A stretch of DNA of 64,000 bases, taken from the NCBI GenBank assembly GCA_965267575.1, contig OZ254086.1, forward strand, positions 2,272,001 through 2,336,000, written 5' to 3'. A model generated the notes under the pieces. It searched no databases, was not told where the DNA came from, and was given only the letters and a program-made list of their open reading frames with translations. The stretch is from Calditrichales bacterium. GTDB taxonomy: Bacteria > Calditrichota > Calditrichia > Calditrichales > J004. The translations under genes and the position numbers were made by a program. Shown here one piece after another: positions 53,601-63,153 of the stretch; positions within the stretch are counted from its first letter, which is position 1, and every line of letters begins with the position of its first letter.

Positions 53601-56600
53601 GACCTTGACGGCGACGGTCAGCTCAATACGTTTAACGATTATTTTACATACAGCTTCTCCCTGGACCCCGATGACCCGGACGCGCAGAAGTACATCACCG
53701 GGTCGACTGAGGCCGGCTGGCGCCAGTTCCGCATTCCGCTGACCGAGCCCACCGGTGAATTCGGCACACCTGACACGACGTTCCAGCAGGTGCTGAATGT
53801 ACGTCTTTGGGTGAGTGATATTCCCGTAGCCCGTACTCTGGAGGAGCGCACGCGCATTCAGATTGCCACATTTGATTTTGTGGGCAACGAATGGGAAGAA
53901 GAAGGTTACGCGCTGGTGAAACCGCAGCCGGGTGAAACGCCCATGTTCATCAACGACGAGTCGATTTTCGTGCTGGCCACATACAATACGGAAGAGAATG
54001 CCGTGCCTATCCCCGGTGTTGACCCTTACCGCTCGCCGCCCGGTGTTTCCGGTGTGCGTGACCGTATTACCAACGCCCTCTCCAAAGAGCAGTCGCTGGT
54101 GATGCATTTTGAAGATCTACCTGCCGGCGCTATCGCGGAAGCGAAGAAAACGCTGTTCCAGTCATTGGAATTGGTGAATTACAAGCGCATGCGCATGTTT
54201 ATCTACGGCAGCTCGATCAGCGATCCGCCGATACCGGTCGCAGGGGGTATCGATACATCCAATATTCGTTTTTACCTGCGCTTTGGCTCCAACGACCAGA
54301 ACTATTACGAGTACACGCGCGATGTGTACCAGGGTTGGAGCAACGAGATGGACATCGATCTGGAGGAGATGGCCCGCGTAAAGTTTGATGAGGATAAGGA
54401 GGTGCCGCTGCCTGACGTACCCGGAGGCTATTACCGTGCTGTCGGTAACCCCAGTCTGAACACGATCCGCTTTTTCACCATAGGGGTGGAGAATAAAAAT
54501 AACGTGCCCTTTAGCGGCGAGGTTTGGCTGGATGAATTGCGTCTTTCCGATGTACGCCGCGAAACCGCCACGGCCATGCGGATGAAAACCAATATGCGCT
54601 TTGCCGACCTGATGCGCATTACCGCGGAGTGGGAAAGTGTGGATGCCGACTTCCACAATGTGAGCCAGCAGTTTGGCGAAGGAAGCACGCTGGAGCGCCA
54701 GAACTATTCCGGTATCTTCAATTTTGACAAGCTGCTGCCGCCGGAGTGGGACCTTTCCGTGCCGATTGATGCACGGGCGTCGTTTAGCCGCAATATTCCC
54801 AAATACCTGCCACGTACGGATATTCTCACCGAATACAGCAATGACACATTCGGCAAAAAACTGAAATCCCTTTTCGGATTGCGCGGCCTGCCCAAAGATC
54901 TGGAAGATCAGGTGTCCACCAGCGAAACTATCGGCCTTGGTACAACTATAAAAAAGCGCGGCAAATCAAAGAACTGGTTCTTAAAATATACGATTGATGA
55001 AATGTCTTTTGACTTTGATTATTCGCGCCAGAACAGAACAAGCTATGAGGTTAAATACAATCGCAGCGAGCAATTCAAAGAGAGCTACCGCTACAATATT
55101 CCTTTTGACAAGGACAATTATATTGAGCCGCTGGCCTTCACCAAAACTATTCCGGTGCTCAAAGAGATTTACGATACAAAGCTGTATTATTCGCCGAGCA
55201 GCGTTAATTTCAGCCTGAGTGTTTCGGACGCGACCACGGAACAGCTGCGTCGTGACAGCGCATCGACGGTGAAAAGCACAAAAAATACAGGCGCCAACCG
55301 CTCGATCAGCATTAACTACAAGCTGTTGCAAAACCTGTCCATGCAGTATTCACGGTCGCACCGCTCCGATGCCGACTTTGACAGTCTCTCGCGCACCGAG
55401 CTTTACAAGAATATCATCACTAAATTCAATTTCGGTCTTGATACCGACATCAGCCAGAGGTTCGGCGCGGACTACAAGCCTTCGCTGTTCACCTGGCTCA
55501 GTCCCGATTTCAGTTATGACGCCAATTTCCTGTATCAGCTTACCAATAATTACCAGTACAAGCAGGGCGTAAGCCGGACCACCAAACGCGCCGGGGCCAA
55601 TTTCAGCCCGGACAAGCTCATGAAGGTGATTTACGAGCCCGAGCCCGAACGTGGCTCCAGCCGGACGCGGGGACGTCCCCGCCGCGGCAGACCGCAGCAG
55701 ACTGATGACGATAAAAAGCAGGGCGAAGAACAAAAAGAGGGTGAAGAGGAAGAAGAGGAGGGAGGCGTCTCTCTGCCCAATCCCCTGATTGGCCTGTATA
55801 ACGCCGTAAGCGCTTTTAAAAATATCAAAGTGGATTACACCCTCGATGAGAACGTTACCAACCAATTCCTGAGCGATATACCTTCATTTGGATACCAGTT
55901 TGGCTTTACCCGTGACCCCGGCGTGCCTCAGGACAGTGCCCTGATTCAGCAGGGCGTAAACCTCGTGCGGCCTTCGTTTAGTGAGACGAGGGGATTGCGT
56001 ACCAGCACCTCGCTTAACGTGACGGAAAATGTGCGTGTCTCGCTTAACCATGAATACCGCGAAAACTTCACCGCCACAAACGGCGGGCAGACCAAGCAGG
56101 GCGGCGAAACAATGACCTTCTTTGCCCTCGGAACCGATCCCAAGAAAGATTTCCAGGGGTTGGATTCCGATCCGCGGCGTTTTATTCCGGACTGGAACGT
56201 CAACGTCAGCGGGATCGAAAAATATCTGTTCTTTAAAGATTTCGCCCAATCGATCACCATCGATCATGGGCACAGCGGTAAATACGATGAAAAGCAACGT
56301 CTCAGTCCGGATGGCTCCAGTTTTGAGCCTTACCAGCAAACCTTCAGCAATAATTGGCAGCCGCTGGTTGGTGTCAACATCCGAACCAAGTGGGGTATCG
56401 GCGCCACCATTCGTATGAACAGTAACACCAACCATTCCTACAATGCCAGCGGCGGGGCCACGCGCACGGAAAGCAGCGGTTTTACGGTCAGCATGAACTA
56501 CTCCAAATCCACCGGATTCAAGATCCCGATCCCGATCTGGCCGTTTAAGGGAAAGACGTTCAAAAATGAGATCAATTTTACGCTGACCTTTGATGCTTCG

Positions 56601-56816
56601 GAAAACAGCACGTTCCAGCGTCAGGCCGGTAACAACAAATTCCAGGAGCAGCAGAAGAATACTTCCTGGAAGCTTAGGCCATCGGCGACTTACCGCTTCA
56701 ACACGCGCGTCCAGGGCAGCATGTTCTTTGAAACCGGCGCCACAACAAACAAGATATCGGGTGAATACAGCTACAGTGAATTCGGAATCAACGTCAACAT
56801 CGCTATCCGCGACTAG
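50619..56816 (+). CDS. sprA: SprA-like type IX secretion system outer-membrane translocon (about 2065 aa)
   Basis: Signal peptide; GKIGEKV, LKLRYDGEEDEIVEKIEAGNISL.LP, GLFG.K, LMMKNVYSLG, EGSE.VT.NG..L....DY.IDY..G, YIDDFE, YK.MRMFI.G, GEVWLDELRLS. Confidence 0.92.
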   Translation: MRHFRLLLLGVFLLCGYAQAQDSIGISLPKPPRTVDLFEEEFFGLEQYAVDSTFFAKRPGFYKREVTLDSAGTRISIRETIDDTDMYFPAVVDLESYIEKRVAYNWRQLTRKKFIDHIAQQREEEFGAIELDIPFRIKSETFTRIFGSDRISLRVTGNISFDLSGRTEERSGSAINARENQNTFSPRFSQTQQFTVEGKIGEKVTVSVQQNSEAVTDIENTLKLRYDGEEDEIVEKIEAGNISLSLPSTKYVIFGGSNKGLFGLKANLRLGDLYMTTIASLEKGEQQELSITGASSESKTTVKDYEFIKNRYFFLDRFYYDNFQDGFTENLQVFNYPQGSDIIRLEVWVSTNPNGEPGARRGIAAVDPAAYEDADYNSLEPEDGKVDKGWFRQLEEGRDYEYDQYRGFFWLNQSVDNNTLLAIAYAVSGAPNDPVGTLTEQIAQDDSAIVVLKMIKPKQQLPSETYAETWPLMMKNVYSLGGTNIEQEGFDIRVQYNRTGTAETYQGDRSFLNILGLDIVDENGGAVEGGDEVVDLNPYVINRARGILIFPSLQPFNPLAESRFDELAEEFHVDIYNLNTSSTNDFVERSKFEMIVTSKSTKSTFDLGFYVLEGSEVVTLNGRTLDRDKDYVIDYFSGQLTLLSNEAKRSSSNINIKYERANLFQLDKKTILGGRLEYQLWDDAFIGLTALYLNKTTLDRRVRVGQEPFRNFVWDVNAAFKFKPRFVTNAIDALPLIETSDESEFDIEGEFAQVFPNPNTLNNSSTGDNNGVAYIDDFEASKRTTTLGIRYRTWTLASAPRQLPGSGTTNPTQAEESRAHLNWFNPFNQVPIKNIWPNRDVNSQTGQTTDVLGLEFWRDPGSDSLDSWAGIMRSTASFADQQKTKYVELWVKGNKGTINIDVGRISEDYYVTGTNFRGEPSLGNLNTEDRNSNGLLEDNEDTGIDGISNGQGDDDSDDWAAPSRANTADGWDYSRINGTEGNGNAQGARYPDTEDLDGDGQLNTFNDYFTYSFSLDPDDPDAQKYITGSTEAGWRQFRIPLTEPTGEFGTPDTTFQQVLNVRLWVSDIPVARTLEERTRIQIATFDFVGNEWEEEGYALVKPQPGETPMFINDESIFVLATYNTEENAVPIPGVDPYRSPPGVSGVRDRITNALSKEQSLVMHFEDLPAGAIAEAKKTLFQSLELVNYKRMRMFIYGSSISDPPIPVAGGIDTSNIRFYLRFGSNDQNYYEYTRDVYQGWSNEMDIDLEEMARVKFDEDKEVPLPDVPGGYYRAVGNPSLNTIRFFTIGVENKNNVPFSGEVWLDELRLSDVRRETATAMRMKTNMRFADLMRITAEWESVDADFHNVSQQFGEGSTLERQNYSGIFNFDKLLPPEWDLSVPIDARASFSRNIPKYLPRTDILTEYSNDTFGKKLKSLFGLRGLPKDLEDQVSTSETIGLGTTIKKRGKSKNWFLKYTIDEMSFDFDYSRQNRTSYEVKYNRSEQFKESYRYNIPFDKDNYIEPLAFTKTIPVLKEIYDTKLYYSPSSVNFSLSVSDATTEQLRRDSASTVKSTKNTGANRSISINYKLLQNLSMQYSRSHRSDADFDSLSRTELYKNIITKFNFGLDTDISQRFGADYKPSLFTWLSPDFSYDANFLYQLTNNYQYKQGVSRTTKRAGANFSPDKLMKVIYEPEPERGSSRTRGRPRRGRPQQTDDDKKQGEEQKEGEEEEEEGGVSLPNPLIGLYNAVSAFKNIKVDYTLDENVTNQFLSDIPSFGYQFGFTRDPGVPQDSALIQQGVNLVRPSFSETRGLRTSTSLNVTENVRVSLNHEYRENFTATNGGQTKQGGETMTFFALGTDPKKDFQGLDSDPRRFIPDWNVNVSGIEKYLFFKDFAQSITIDHGHSGKYDEKQRLSPDGSSFEPYQQTFSNNWQPLVGVNIRTKWGIGATIRMNSNTNHSYNASGGATRTESSGFTVSMNYSKSTGFKIPIPIWPFKGKTFKNEINFTLTFDASENSTFQRQAGNNKFQEQQKNTSWKLRPSATYRFNTRVQGSMFFETGATTNKISGEYSYSEFGINVNIAIRD

Positions 56817-56817
56817 A

Positions 56818-57741
56818 TTGCGCCACGGGCTGCGGTTGTTTGGCGCCATGCTTTTTGCGGCCATTCTGACCTCATCCTGCGGCCAGGCTGAAGCGCCGCC
56901 GTTCAACGCCTTAAGGGCTTTTGCTGATCTTGAGAGACAGGTGGCTTTCGGGCCGAGGGTGCCGGGCAGCGATGCCCACCGCGAGTGTCTGCATTGGATG
57001 CAGGAAGAGCTGCAAAAAAGCGCCCCGCGGGTAGTAAAACAATCGTTTACATTTAAAGATAGCTTGCGCGATACGACACTGCAGCTTGCCAATCTTATTG
57101 CTTCGTTTAACCTCGGGCAAAAGAAGCGCATCATGCTATGCGCCCACTGGGACAGCCGGCCGTTTGCCGATCGTGAAATGGACGCCGATAGCCTGAAAGC
57201 GGTGCCCGGCGCGAACGATGGCGCCAGTGGTGTGGCGGTTTTACTGGAGATCGCGCGTTTGTTTGCTGAAAAGCCACCGGAAATCGGCGTCGATATTGTG
57301 CTGTTTGACGGCGAGGACTGGGGGCCGGAGGGATTGCTGGAACACTACTTTCTGGGATCGCGTTATTTTGCGCAAACGCTGAACGGCTACAGGCCGCGTT
57401 ATGCTATTTTGCTTGATATGGTGGGTGACGCCAACCTGCGTATCCCTATCGAATATCATTCGCAGCGCGCCGCGCCGCAGGTGGTAGACAAAATTTGGGA
57501 CAAGGCTGAAGAAATGGGTTATGACGCTTTTGTTCGCCGCATTGGCAGTGCCGTAAACGACGACCACATTATGCTGATTGAGGCGGGTATCCCGGCGGTG
57601 AACATCATCGATTTCAACTATCCCGACGCGTCGCACCGCTACTGGCACACGCTGGAAGACACGCCGGATAAATGCTCGCCGCAAAGCCTTGAGATTGTCG
57701 GTAATACGGTTCTGGCCGTTGTTTACAGCGAGGAAGGCTAA
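56818..57741 (+). CDS. M28 family peptidase / glutaminyl cyclase-like lipoprotein
   Basis: Lipobox TSSC; QV.FGPRVPG, AHWDSRP, GANDGASGVAVLLE, FDGEDWG, LLDMVG, DDH, WHT..D; TTG start inferred. Confidence 0.9.
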   Translation: MRHGLRLFGAMLFAAILTSSCGQAEAPPFNALRAFADLERQVAFGPRVPGSDAHRECLHWMQEELQKSAPRVVKQSFTFKDSLRDTTLQLANLIASFNLGQKKRIMLCAHWDSRPFADREMDADSLKAVPGANDGASGVAVLLEIARLFAEKPPEIGVDIVLFDGEDWGPEGLLEHYFLGSRYFAQTLNGYRPRYAILLDMVGDANLRIPIEYHSQRAAPQVVDKIWDKAEEMGYDAFVRRIGSAVNDDHIMLIEAGIPAVNIIDFNYPDASHRYWHTLEDTPDKCSPQSLEIVGNTVLAVVYSEEG

Positions 57742-57746
57742 GCGCC

Positions 57747-58592
57747 ATGCATTGGATTGAGGTGGATATTACGATTGCCGTTGAGGCGCGGGAAGTGCTG
57801 TCTGCCTGGCTGTTCACTTTGGGTTGCAGCGGCTGTGAAGAGACTGAAAGCGGCATACGCGCCTGGTTTGAAGCGGATTCCTGGAACGACGAAAAGGAGA
57901 AGCGACTGACACGTTATGCCGCGCGGCTTTCAAATAGGTTTTCGGAAAGTGACATGAGCGTAAGCCGCGTGCCGGCGGAAAACTGGAATGAAAAATGGAA
58001 AGAAAACTTTAAGACCTTCCGTGTAGGCGAAAGTATTATAGTACAGCCCGATTGGGAAAAGGGCAAAGCGGCGGAAGGCGAAACGCTGATAACCATCGCG
58101 CCGAAGATGGCTTTTGGCACCGGCCATCATGAAACGACAAAACTGATACTGCAGATACTGGAAAAAACGGCCCTTTCCGGCAAAAGTGTTCTGGATGCCG
58201 GCACGGGCAGCGGCATACTTGCCATTTACACGGCCCTGCGCGGAGCCGCAAAGGCAGATGCCTTTGATAACGACCCGCAGGCCATTGAAAACGCCGCTGA
58301 GAACTTGGAACTTAACGGGGTCGCGGAAAAGGTGAATTTATGCACCGGGGAACTGAACGACATGGCTGTTAGAAGTTATGACATTATTGTTGCCAATATT
58401 AATCGTAATGTATTGATTGACCTGGCGGCAGCGTGGGAAAATTTTATCCACGGTGGTTCCCGTCTGGTGCTGTCCGGCCTGCTGTGCGCGGACCGCCCGG
58501 CCGTCCAGGAAGCCTATGCCGCAAAGGGCTGGAAAACAGTAGAAGTTCGTGATGAAGGAGAGTGGAGCGCATTATGCCTGCAACGCGTCTGA
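57747..58592 (+). CDS. prmA: 50S ribosomal protein L11 methyltransferase
   Basis: NWNE.WK..F, I.PKMAFGTGHHETT, VLDAGTGSGILAI, DND, VANIN, LSGLL, GEW. Confidence 0.95.
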   Translation: MHWIEVDITIAVEAREVLSAWLFTLGCSGCEETESGIRAWFEADSWNDEKEKRLTRYAARLSNRFSESDMSVSRVPAENWNEKWKENFKTFRVGESIIVQPDWEKGKAAEGETLITIAPKMAFGTGHHETTKLILQILEKTALSGKSVLDAGTGSGILAIYTALRGAAKADAFDNDPQAIENAAENLELNGVAEKVNLCTGELNDMAVRSYDIIVANINRNVLIDLAAAWENFIHGGSRLVLSGLLCADRPAVQEAYAAKGWKTVEVRDEGEWSALCLQRV

Positions 58593-59527
58593 AAAAACCG
58601 CGCCGCGCCGTACTGGATGTAGGTACCAATTCCGTTCTGTTGCTGGTGGCGGAAGTAACAGAAGACGGCAGCCCGAAGATCATCAGGCAGTTTTACCGGG
58701 TCAGCCGCCTGGGTGAGGGGCTGCGCAAAAGCGGCAGCCTGCAGCCAAAACCAATGCAGCGTACCATTAAAACGATCGTAGAATGTCTGGATGTGGCCCG
58801 CGGCGAGGGCGCCGAACAGGTGCTGGTTATCGGTACTGAGGCTTTACGCAGCGCCGATAACCGCGAAGATTTCAAAAAGATGATTCTAAGCGAATGTGGA
58901 TGCACGCTTAAAATTGTCAGCGCCGAAGAAGAAGCGCGCCTGACATTCCGCGGATCAATACAGGGTATTCCGGGCAAGGAGTATTGCGTAATCGATGTGG
59001 GCGGTGGCAGCAGCGAAGTGGTTTGCGGTGACGGCGGGCGATTGTTTCACCACGTTTCACGTCAGATCGGCGTTGTGTTTCTGGCCGAACAGGCCGGTAT
59101 GCCGGAAAAGCTGGACGAAGCGTTGAAACAATCGGTTGAACAACGTATTTTGGCCGCTTTTGCCGATGCCACGGAGCTGAAAGGATTTGGCCCCTCATCC
59201 ACCTGGATTGGCGCGGGCGGCACGTTGTCGCTGCTCGCGGTTCTGGACCAGGATCTGGAAGAATACGATCCGGCAAAGGTGCACGGATACACATTTACGC
59301 AGGCGCGATTGCTGGAATGGTACGACAGGCTGAATCAGGTGAGTCCGGCCACGCGGCTGGAGTGGGGTGTGGAAAAAGGCCGCGAGGATGTGCTGCTGTT
59401 CGGCATACTGATCTTCTCCACTTTGATGGAGCAGGGCGCTGCCAAAGAGATTGCCGCCACCGATCGCGGGCTGCGTTTTGGCGCCCTTTATGAGGACACG
59501 CTGTTTGAGCCGTTTTCACGCAATTAA
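58574..59527 (+). CDS. ppx: Ppx/GppA family phosphatase
   Basis: DVGTNS, RLGEG, GTEALR.A.N, EEARL, IDVGGGSSE, GAGGT, GR.DV, GLR.G. Confidence 0.88.
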   Translation: MPATRLKKPRRAVLDVGTNSVLLLVAEVTEDGSPKIIRQFYRVSRLGEGLRKSGSLQPKPMQRTIKTIVECLDVARGEGAEQVLVIGTEALRSADNREDFKKMILSECGCTLKIVSAEEEARLTFRGSIQGIPGKEYCVIDVGGGSSEVVCGDGGRLFHHVSRQIGVVFLAEQAGMPEKLDEALKQSVEQRILAAFADATELKGFGPSSTWIGAGGTLSLLAVLDQDLEEYDPAKVHGYTFTQARLLEWYDRLNQVSPATRLEWGVEKGREDVLLFGILIFSTLMEQGAAKEIAATDRGLRFGALYEDTLFEPFSRN

Positions 59528-59555
59528 CCGTTTTAATAATCAACGTGAGTGACCT

Positions 59556-60731
59556 TTGAAAAAACTTATTCTTTTTTTACCACTGCTTTTTATGTCCTGC
59601 AGCGAAGAAGCGGCCGGACCCGCACCGGAGCAGGAACCCGAGATCAGCAATGTTAAGATCGCGCCGCGCTGGAATGTAATGGGCAGTACAGCGCAGACAC
59701 TGGAAGTGGAGGTCAGCGATCCTCAAGGCCCGGGCAATCTTCCGGCGACCCTTTCTTTTGATGTGCTGGATGCAGGACAGAACAGCGTTTACACGGGCAC
59801 ACTGTTCGACGACGGAGGTTTTAACTCTGCCAGCGGCGACGTGCTGGCCGGGGACGGCGTTTACCGCAACCGCATTGTCCCTTCCACAATCAGCAGCAGC
59901 GAAGGTACGTTTACCTTCCGTTTTTCCGCGGATGATCTGGATGGCAACAGCGCCTTGCCGCAAAGCGCGCAGGTTGAGTTTGCCAGCAACAGCGCGCCGC
60001 AGCTTCTGCAGGCTGACGCGCCCGAAAGCATAAACGCCGGCGATGACGGGTTACGCATAACGGTGAAAGCCGTTGATGCCGATGGTATGGGAGAACTCAA
60101 CGGTGTTTTTATGGATCTGAAACTTGGCGGTATTTCCCAGCTAAATGAACCGTATCAGTTAAAAGATGACGGGCAGGCGGCTGTAAGTGGCGATCTGTTT
60201 GCCGGGGATTCCGTTTTTACGCTGCTTGTGGATTCAAGCTTTGCCGCCGGACGTGAAGGTACTTACGAGCTGGTATTTTCCGCCCGTGATATTTTTGACG
60301 AAAGCAGCAACGAGCTTACCCGCTCCATTGATCTTTTTAACCAGGCCGGCACAATTTTGGCGCTGGACGTTCCGCAGAGTATTGACCGTCCTTCGCAACC
60401 CGGTGTTTTTAACCGCGCCCTGGTTACGGCCAGCGTGGATGACCCGCAATCGCTGGCTGATGTTGACTCCGTTTATTTCTTTTCGCGGCGCCCGGACGGC
60501 GAACTTGCCAACGGCAGAAATCCGCTGATCCTGGTAGACAACGGTTTGCCATTCAACATAGAAAACCCCTTCACGGAAGCGGGCGATGAGACGGCCGGTG
60601 ACGGCACCTACTCGCTTTCCGTGCTGATTGACAATTCGGCCCAAACGGGCTTTTTCCTTTTCACTTTTTACATGCGAGATAAAGCCGGCAACCTTTCGGC
60701 CATGGCGCAGGATTCCATCGAGGTACGCTAA
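59556..60731 (+). CDS. Lipoprotein with three Ig-like choice-of-anchor-X-type repeats
   Basis: Lipobox FMSC; LFDDG..GDVLAGDGVY, LKDDG..GDLFAGDSVF, LVDNG..GDETAGDGTY. Confidence 0.75.
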   Translation: MKKLILFLPLLFMSCSEEAAGPAPEQEPEISNVKIAPRWNVMGSTAQTLEVEVSDPQGPGNLPATLSFDVLDAGQNSVYTGTLFDDGGFNSASGDVLAGDGVYRNRIVPSTISSSEGTFTFRFSADDLDGNSALPQSAQVEFASNSAPQLLQADAPESINAGDDGLRITVKAVDADGMGELNGVFMDLKLGGISQLNEPYQLKDDGQAAVSGDLFAGDSVFTLLVDSSFAAGREGTYELVFSARDIFDESSNELTRSIDLFNQAGTILALDVPQSIDRPSQPGVFNRALVTASVDDPQSLADVDSVYFFSRRPDGELANGRNPLILVDNGLPFNIENPFTEAGDETAGDGTYSLSVLIDNSAQTGFFLFTFYMRDKAGNLSAMAQDSIEVR

Positions 60732-62176
60732 TGCTACGCGCGGTTCTTTTGTTTTTTTGTTCGATTGTTTTAACGCTTAATGCCCAGGAAAACTACTTAC
60801 CAAAAGTATCCATGCCGGCAACGGACCCCTCCTTTCTCGGCAATGGCATTGTCGATATCGTTGTGCGTGACAGCGCCGTGTGGGTGGCCACCGGGTTTGG
60901 CTTGAACGTCACCATAGATGAAGGACAGACCTGGCGCACATTCGGGCCCGGTGACTACAATTCCAAAGGCGGCGTCTCGGCCGTTGGCTACATGGATCGC
61001 AGCACTTTATGGATCGCCACCGCTTTTGATACGACCGTGCAAGATGGCGAAGAGCTGCCCGCCGGCGGTGGCCTCAGCTATACCCGTGATGGCGGTGACA
61101 CATGGACGCGCATACCGCAGCCCGTTGATGACCGCGCCGATACCACCATAAGCCCCACGACAACCGTAGTTCAAAACATCACCTTCGATATCGCCTTTGT
61201 GGACAGCACCATCTGGATTGCCAGTTTTGGCGGCGGTCTGCGCCGCTCCGATGACATGGGGCAGACCTGGAAGGTGGTGACCACCGACGGCAAGCCTTTT
61301 TCCAGCCTGGCCAATCTGAACCACCGCGCTTTCAGCCTGCTGAGCGAAAACGGCAACCTGTGGGTCGGCACCGCCGAAGGCATTAGCAAAAGCGCGGATA
61401 ACGGCCAGACCTGGCGACAGTTCACACACCAGAATCAGACCTATCCCATATCCGGTAATTTTGTGGTGGCCCTGGCCTGGCAGCAGGCAACAAATACAAT
61501 CTGGGCGGCCACGATAGAAGCGCTGGGCCAAACGGAAGTGCGCGGGGTCAGCAAAAGCAGCAACGGCGGCGAAACCTGGGAAGTGGTGATGGAAAACGTT
61601 TTTGCCCACAATTTCGGCTTTGACGGCGAGCGCGTGTTTGTGGCCGCGGATGAAGGACTGTTTGTCTCCGATGACGGCGGGGAAAGCTGGTACACGCTTC
61701 CGCCGGTGATCGATGATGAAAGCGCCGAAGAGATTTTGCGCGGGGACTATTTTTCGGCTGCCGGGCAACAGCTGGCCGATGGCAATCGCTGGTGGTTTGG
61801 CAGCGCCGGCGGGCTGGCCACCACCAAAGACAACGGCAATACCTGGCGTGTCATCCGCTCCTTTGTTTCCACGCGCGAGCGCACATCGCCGAAGGTGTAT
61901 GCTTACCCATCGCCTTTTTCACCGACACGCAGCGGTTTTACCCGCTTCCAGTATGATGTAAACGGTTCTACCGCTGTTGAAATAAAAATTTACAACTTTG
62001 CTATGGAGCATGTGGTCACGGTTCGTGAAACGGAAACATCCACGGGACCTGCCGACCGCAGCGCCAAATGGGACGGCCGTGACAGCGACGGCGACCTTGT
62101 TGCCAGCGGCGTATACTTTTTCCGCGCCAAAGTGGGCGGTGAGGTTAGCTGGGGCAAAGTGATCGTTATAAACTGA
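60731..62176 (+). CDS. BNR/Asp-box beta-propeller protein with C-terminal T9SS/FlgD-like sorting domain (PorZ-like architecture)
   Basis: About seven S/T.D.G.TW boxes; C-terminal VYAYPSPF...IKIYN...WDGRD..G..VASGVYFFR...KVIVIN. Confidence 0.82.
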   Translation: MLRAVLLFFCSIVLTLNAQENYLPKVSMPATDPSFLGNGIVDIVVRDSAVWVATGFGLNVTIDEGQTWRTFGPGDYNSKGGVSAVGYMDRSTLWIATAFDTTVQDGEELPAGGGLSYTRDGGDTWTRIPQPVDDRADTTISPTTTVVQNITFDIAFVDSTIWIASFGGGLRRSDDMGQTWKVVTTDGKPFSSLANLNHRAFSLLSENGNLWVGTAEGISKSADNGQTWRQFTHQNQTYPISGNFVVALAWQQATNTIWAATIEALGQTEVRGVSKSSNGGETWEVVMENVFAHNFGFDGERVFVAADEGLFVSDDGGESWYTLPPVIDDESAEEILRGDYFSAAGQQLADGNRWWFGSAGGLATTKDNGNTWRVIRSFVSTRERTSPKVYAYPSPFSPTRSGFTRFQYDVNGSTAVEIKIYNFAMEHVVTVRETETSTGPADRSAKWDGRDSDGDLVASGVYFFRAKVGGEVSWGKVIVIN

Positions 62177-62186
62177 TGGAAAACCG

Positions 62187-63122
62187 ATGAAAAAATCTGC
62201 GATTCTTATTTCATTATTAATAGCTGCCACTCATCTTTGGGCCGGAAATAACAACGCCGGGCTGGCGGGCAGTTACACGCGTCTGGGATTGGGCGGACGC
62301 ACCATTGCCATGGGCAATACGGGCGTGGCCGGGCCGGCCGGGGGCTATAGCCAATATTACAATCCGGCTCTTTCCGGCAGGCAGGATAAAAAAGTAGTCG
62401 CCCTGTCGTATAGTTTTATGTCGCAGGACCGTTATGTCGGTTTTGTGGGTTACAGTATGAAGATCCCGCCGGGTGGTGGTTTGTCGCTGGGCTGGCTGGT
62501 CAGCGGCACCAATAATCTTTACGGTTACAATTCCATCGGCCAGCGTACGGGCGAGATCAACCATTCGGCGCATGCCATCTACGGCAGTTTCGCGCGCCAT
62601 TTTTCAGAACGCCTTTCCGTTGGGATTACGATTAAAGTGCTTCTCGAATACATTAACGACGGCACGGCCGATTTCGATTACGAGGGCACCGGGGTGGGGG
62701 GCGACATCGGCATTTATTATGCTGCCATGGATGATCTGGCCCTTGGTGTGATTGCCAAAGACATCGGCTCCAACATCAAAGCCAACACCGAGGATATTTT
62801 TGAACGCGGCGGCACGACAGTTTTTGATTTTCCGCGGCAATACCGCCTTGGTGCTTTTTATACGACACCACTGCGCTGGCTCAATACCGCCTACGATCTG
62901 GAATTCAGCGATCAGGGCGAATTAGAGCACCATTTTGGCCTGGAGGCATTACACGGACGCAACCTGGCATTACGCACCGGGCTAAACGGCTCGCAGTTTG
63001 TGGCCGGCGCCGGATTCGATTTTGCCCTGAGCCGCTTCATCGCCCACCTGGATTACACGTTTATCGGTGACAAAGCGGGTGAGGGCGCCAGTCATTTATT
63101 CTCCTGGGAGATCTACTTTTAA
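62187..63122 (+). CDS. PorV/PorQ-family outer-membrane barrel
   Basis: Signal peptide; RLGLGGR..AMG......YYNPA, SVG...K, G.G.DIG, LRTG, DY.F, terminal YF. Confidence 0.82.
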   Translation: MKKSAILISLLIAATHLWAGNNNAGLAGSYTRLGLGGRTIAMGNTGVAGPAGGYSQYYNPALSGRQDKKVVALSYSFMSQDRYVGFVGYSMKIPPGGGLSLGWLVSGTNNLYGYNSIGQRTGEINHSAHAIYGSFARHFSERLSVGITIKVLLEYINDGTADFDYEGTGVGGDIGIYYAAMDDLALGVIAKDIGSNIKANTEDIFERGGTTVFDFPRQYRLGAFYTTPLRWLNTAYDLEFSDQGELEHHFGLEALHGRNLALRTGLNGSQFVAGAGFDFALSRFIAHLDYTFIGDKAGEGASHLFSWEIYF

Positions 63123-63153
63123 TGAAAACGCTTTTTATGAAAGAGAGCACGCA

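Noticed and set aside
56590-56817. Long N-terminal extension of the M28 peptidase overlapping sprA
   Set aside because: The lipoprotein signal begins just after the sprA stop; the upstream part is an alternate frame of sprA
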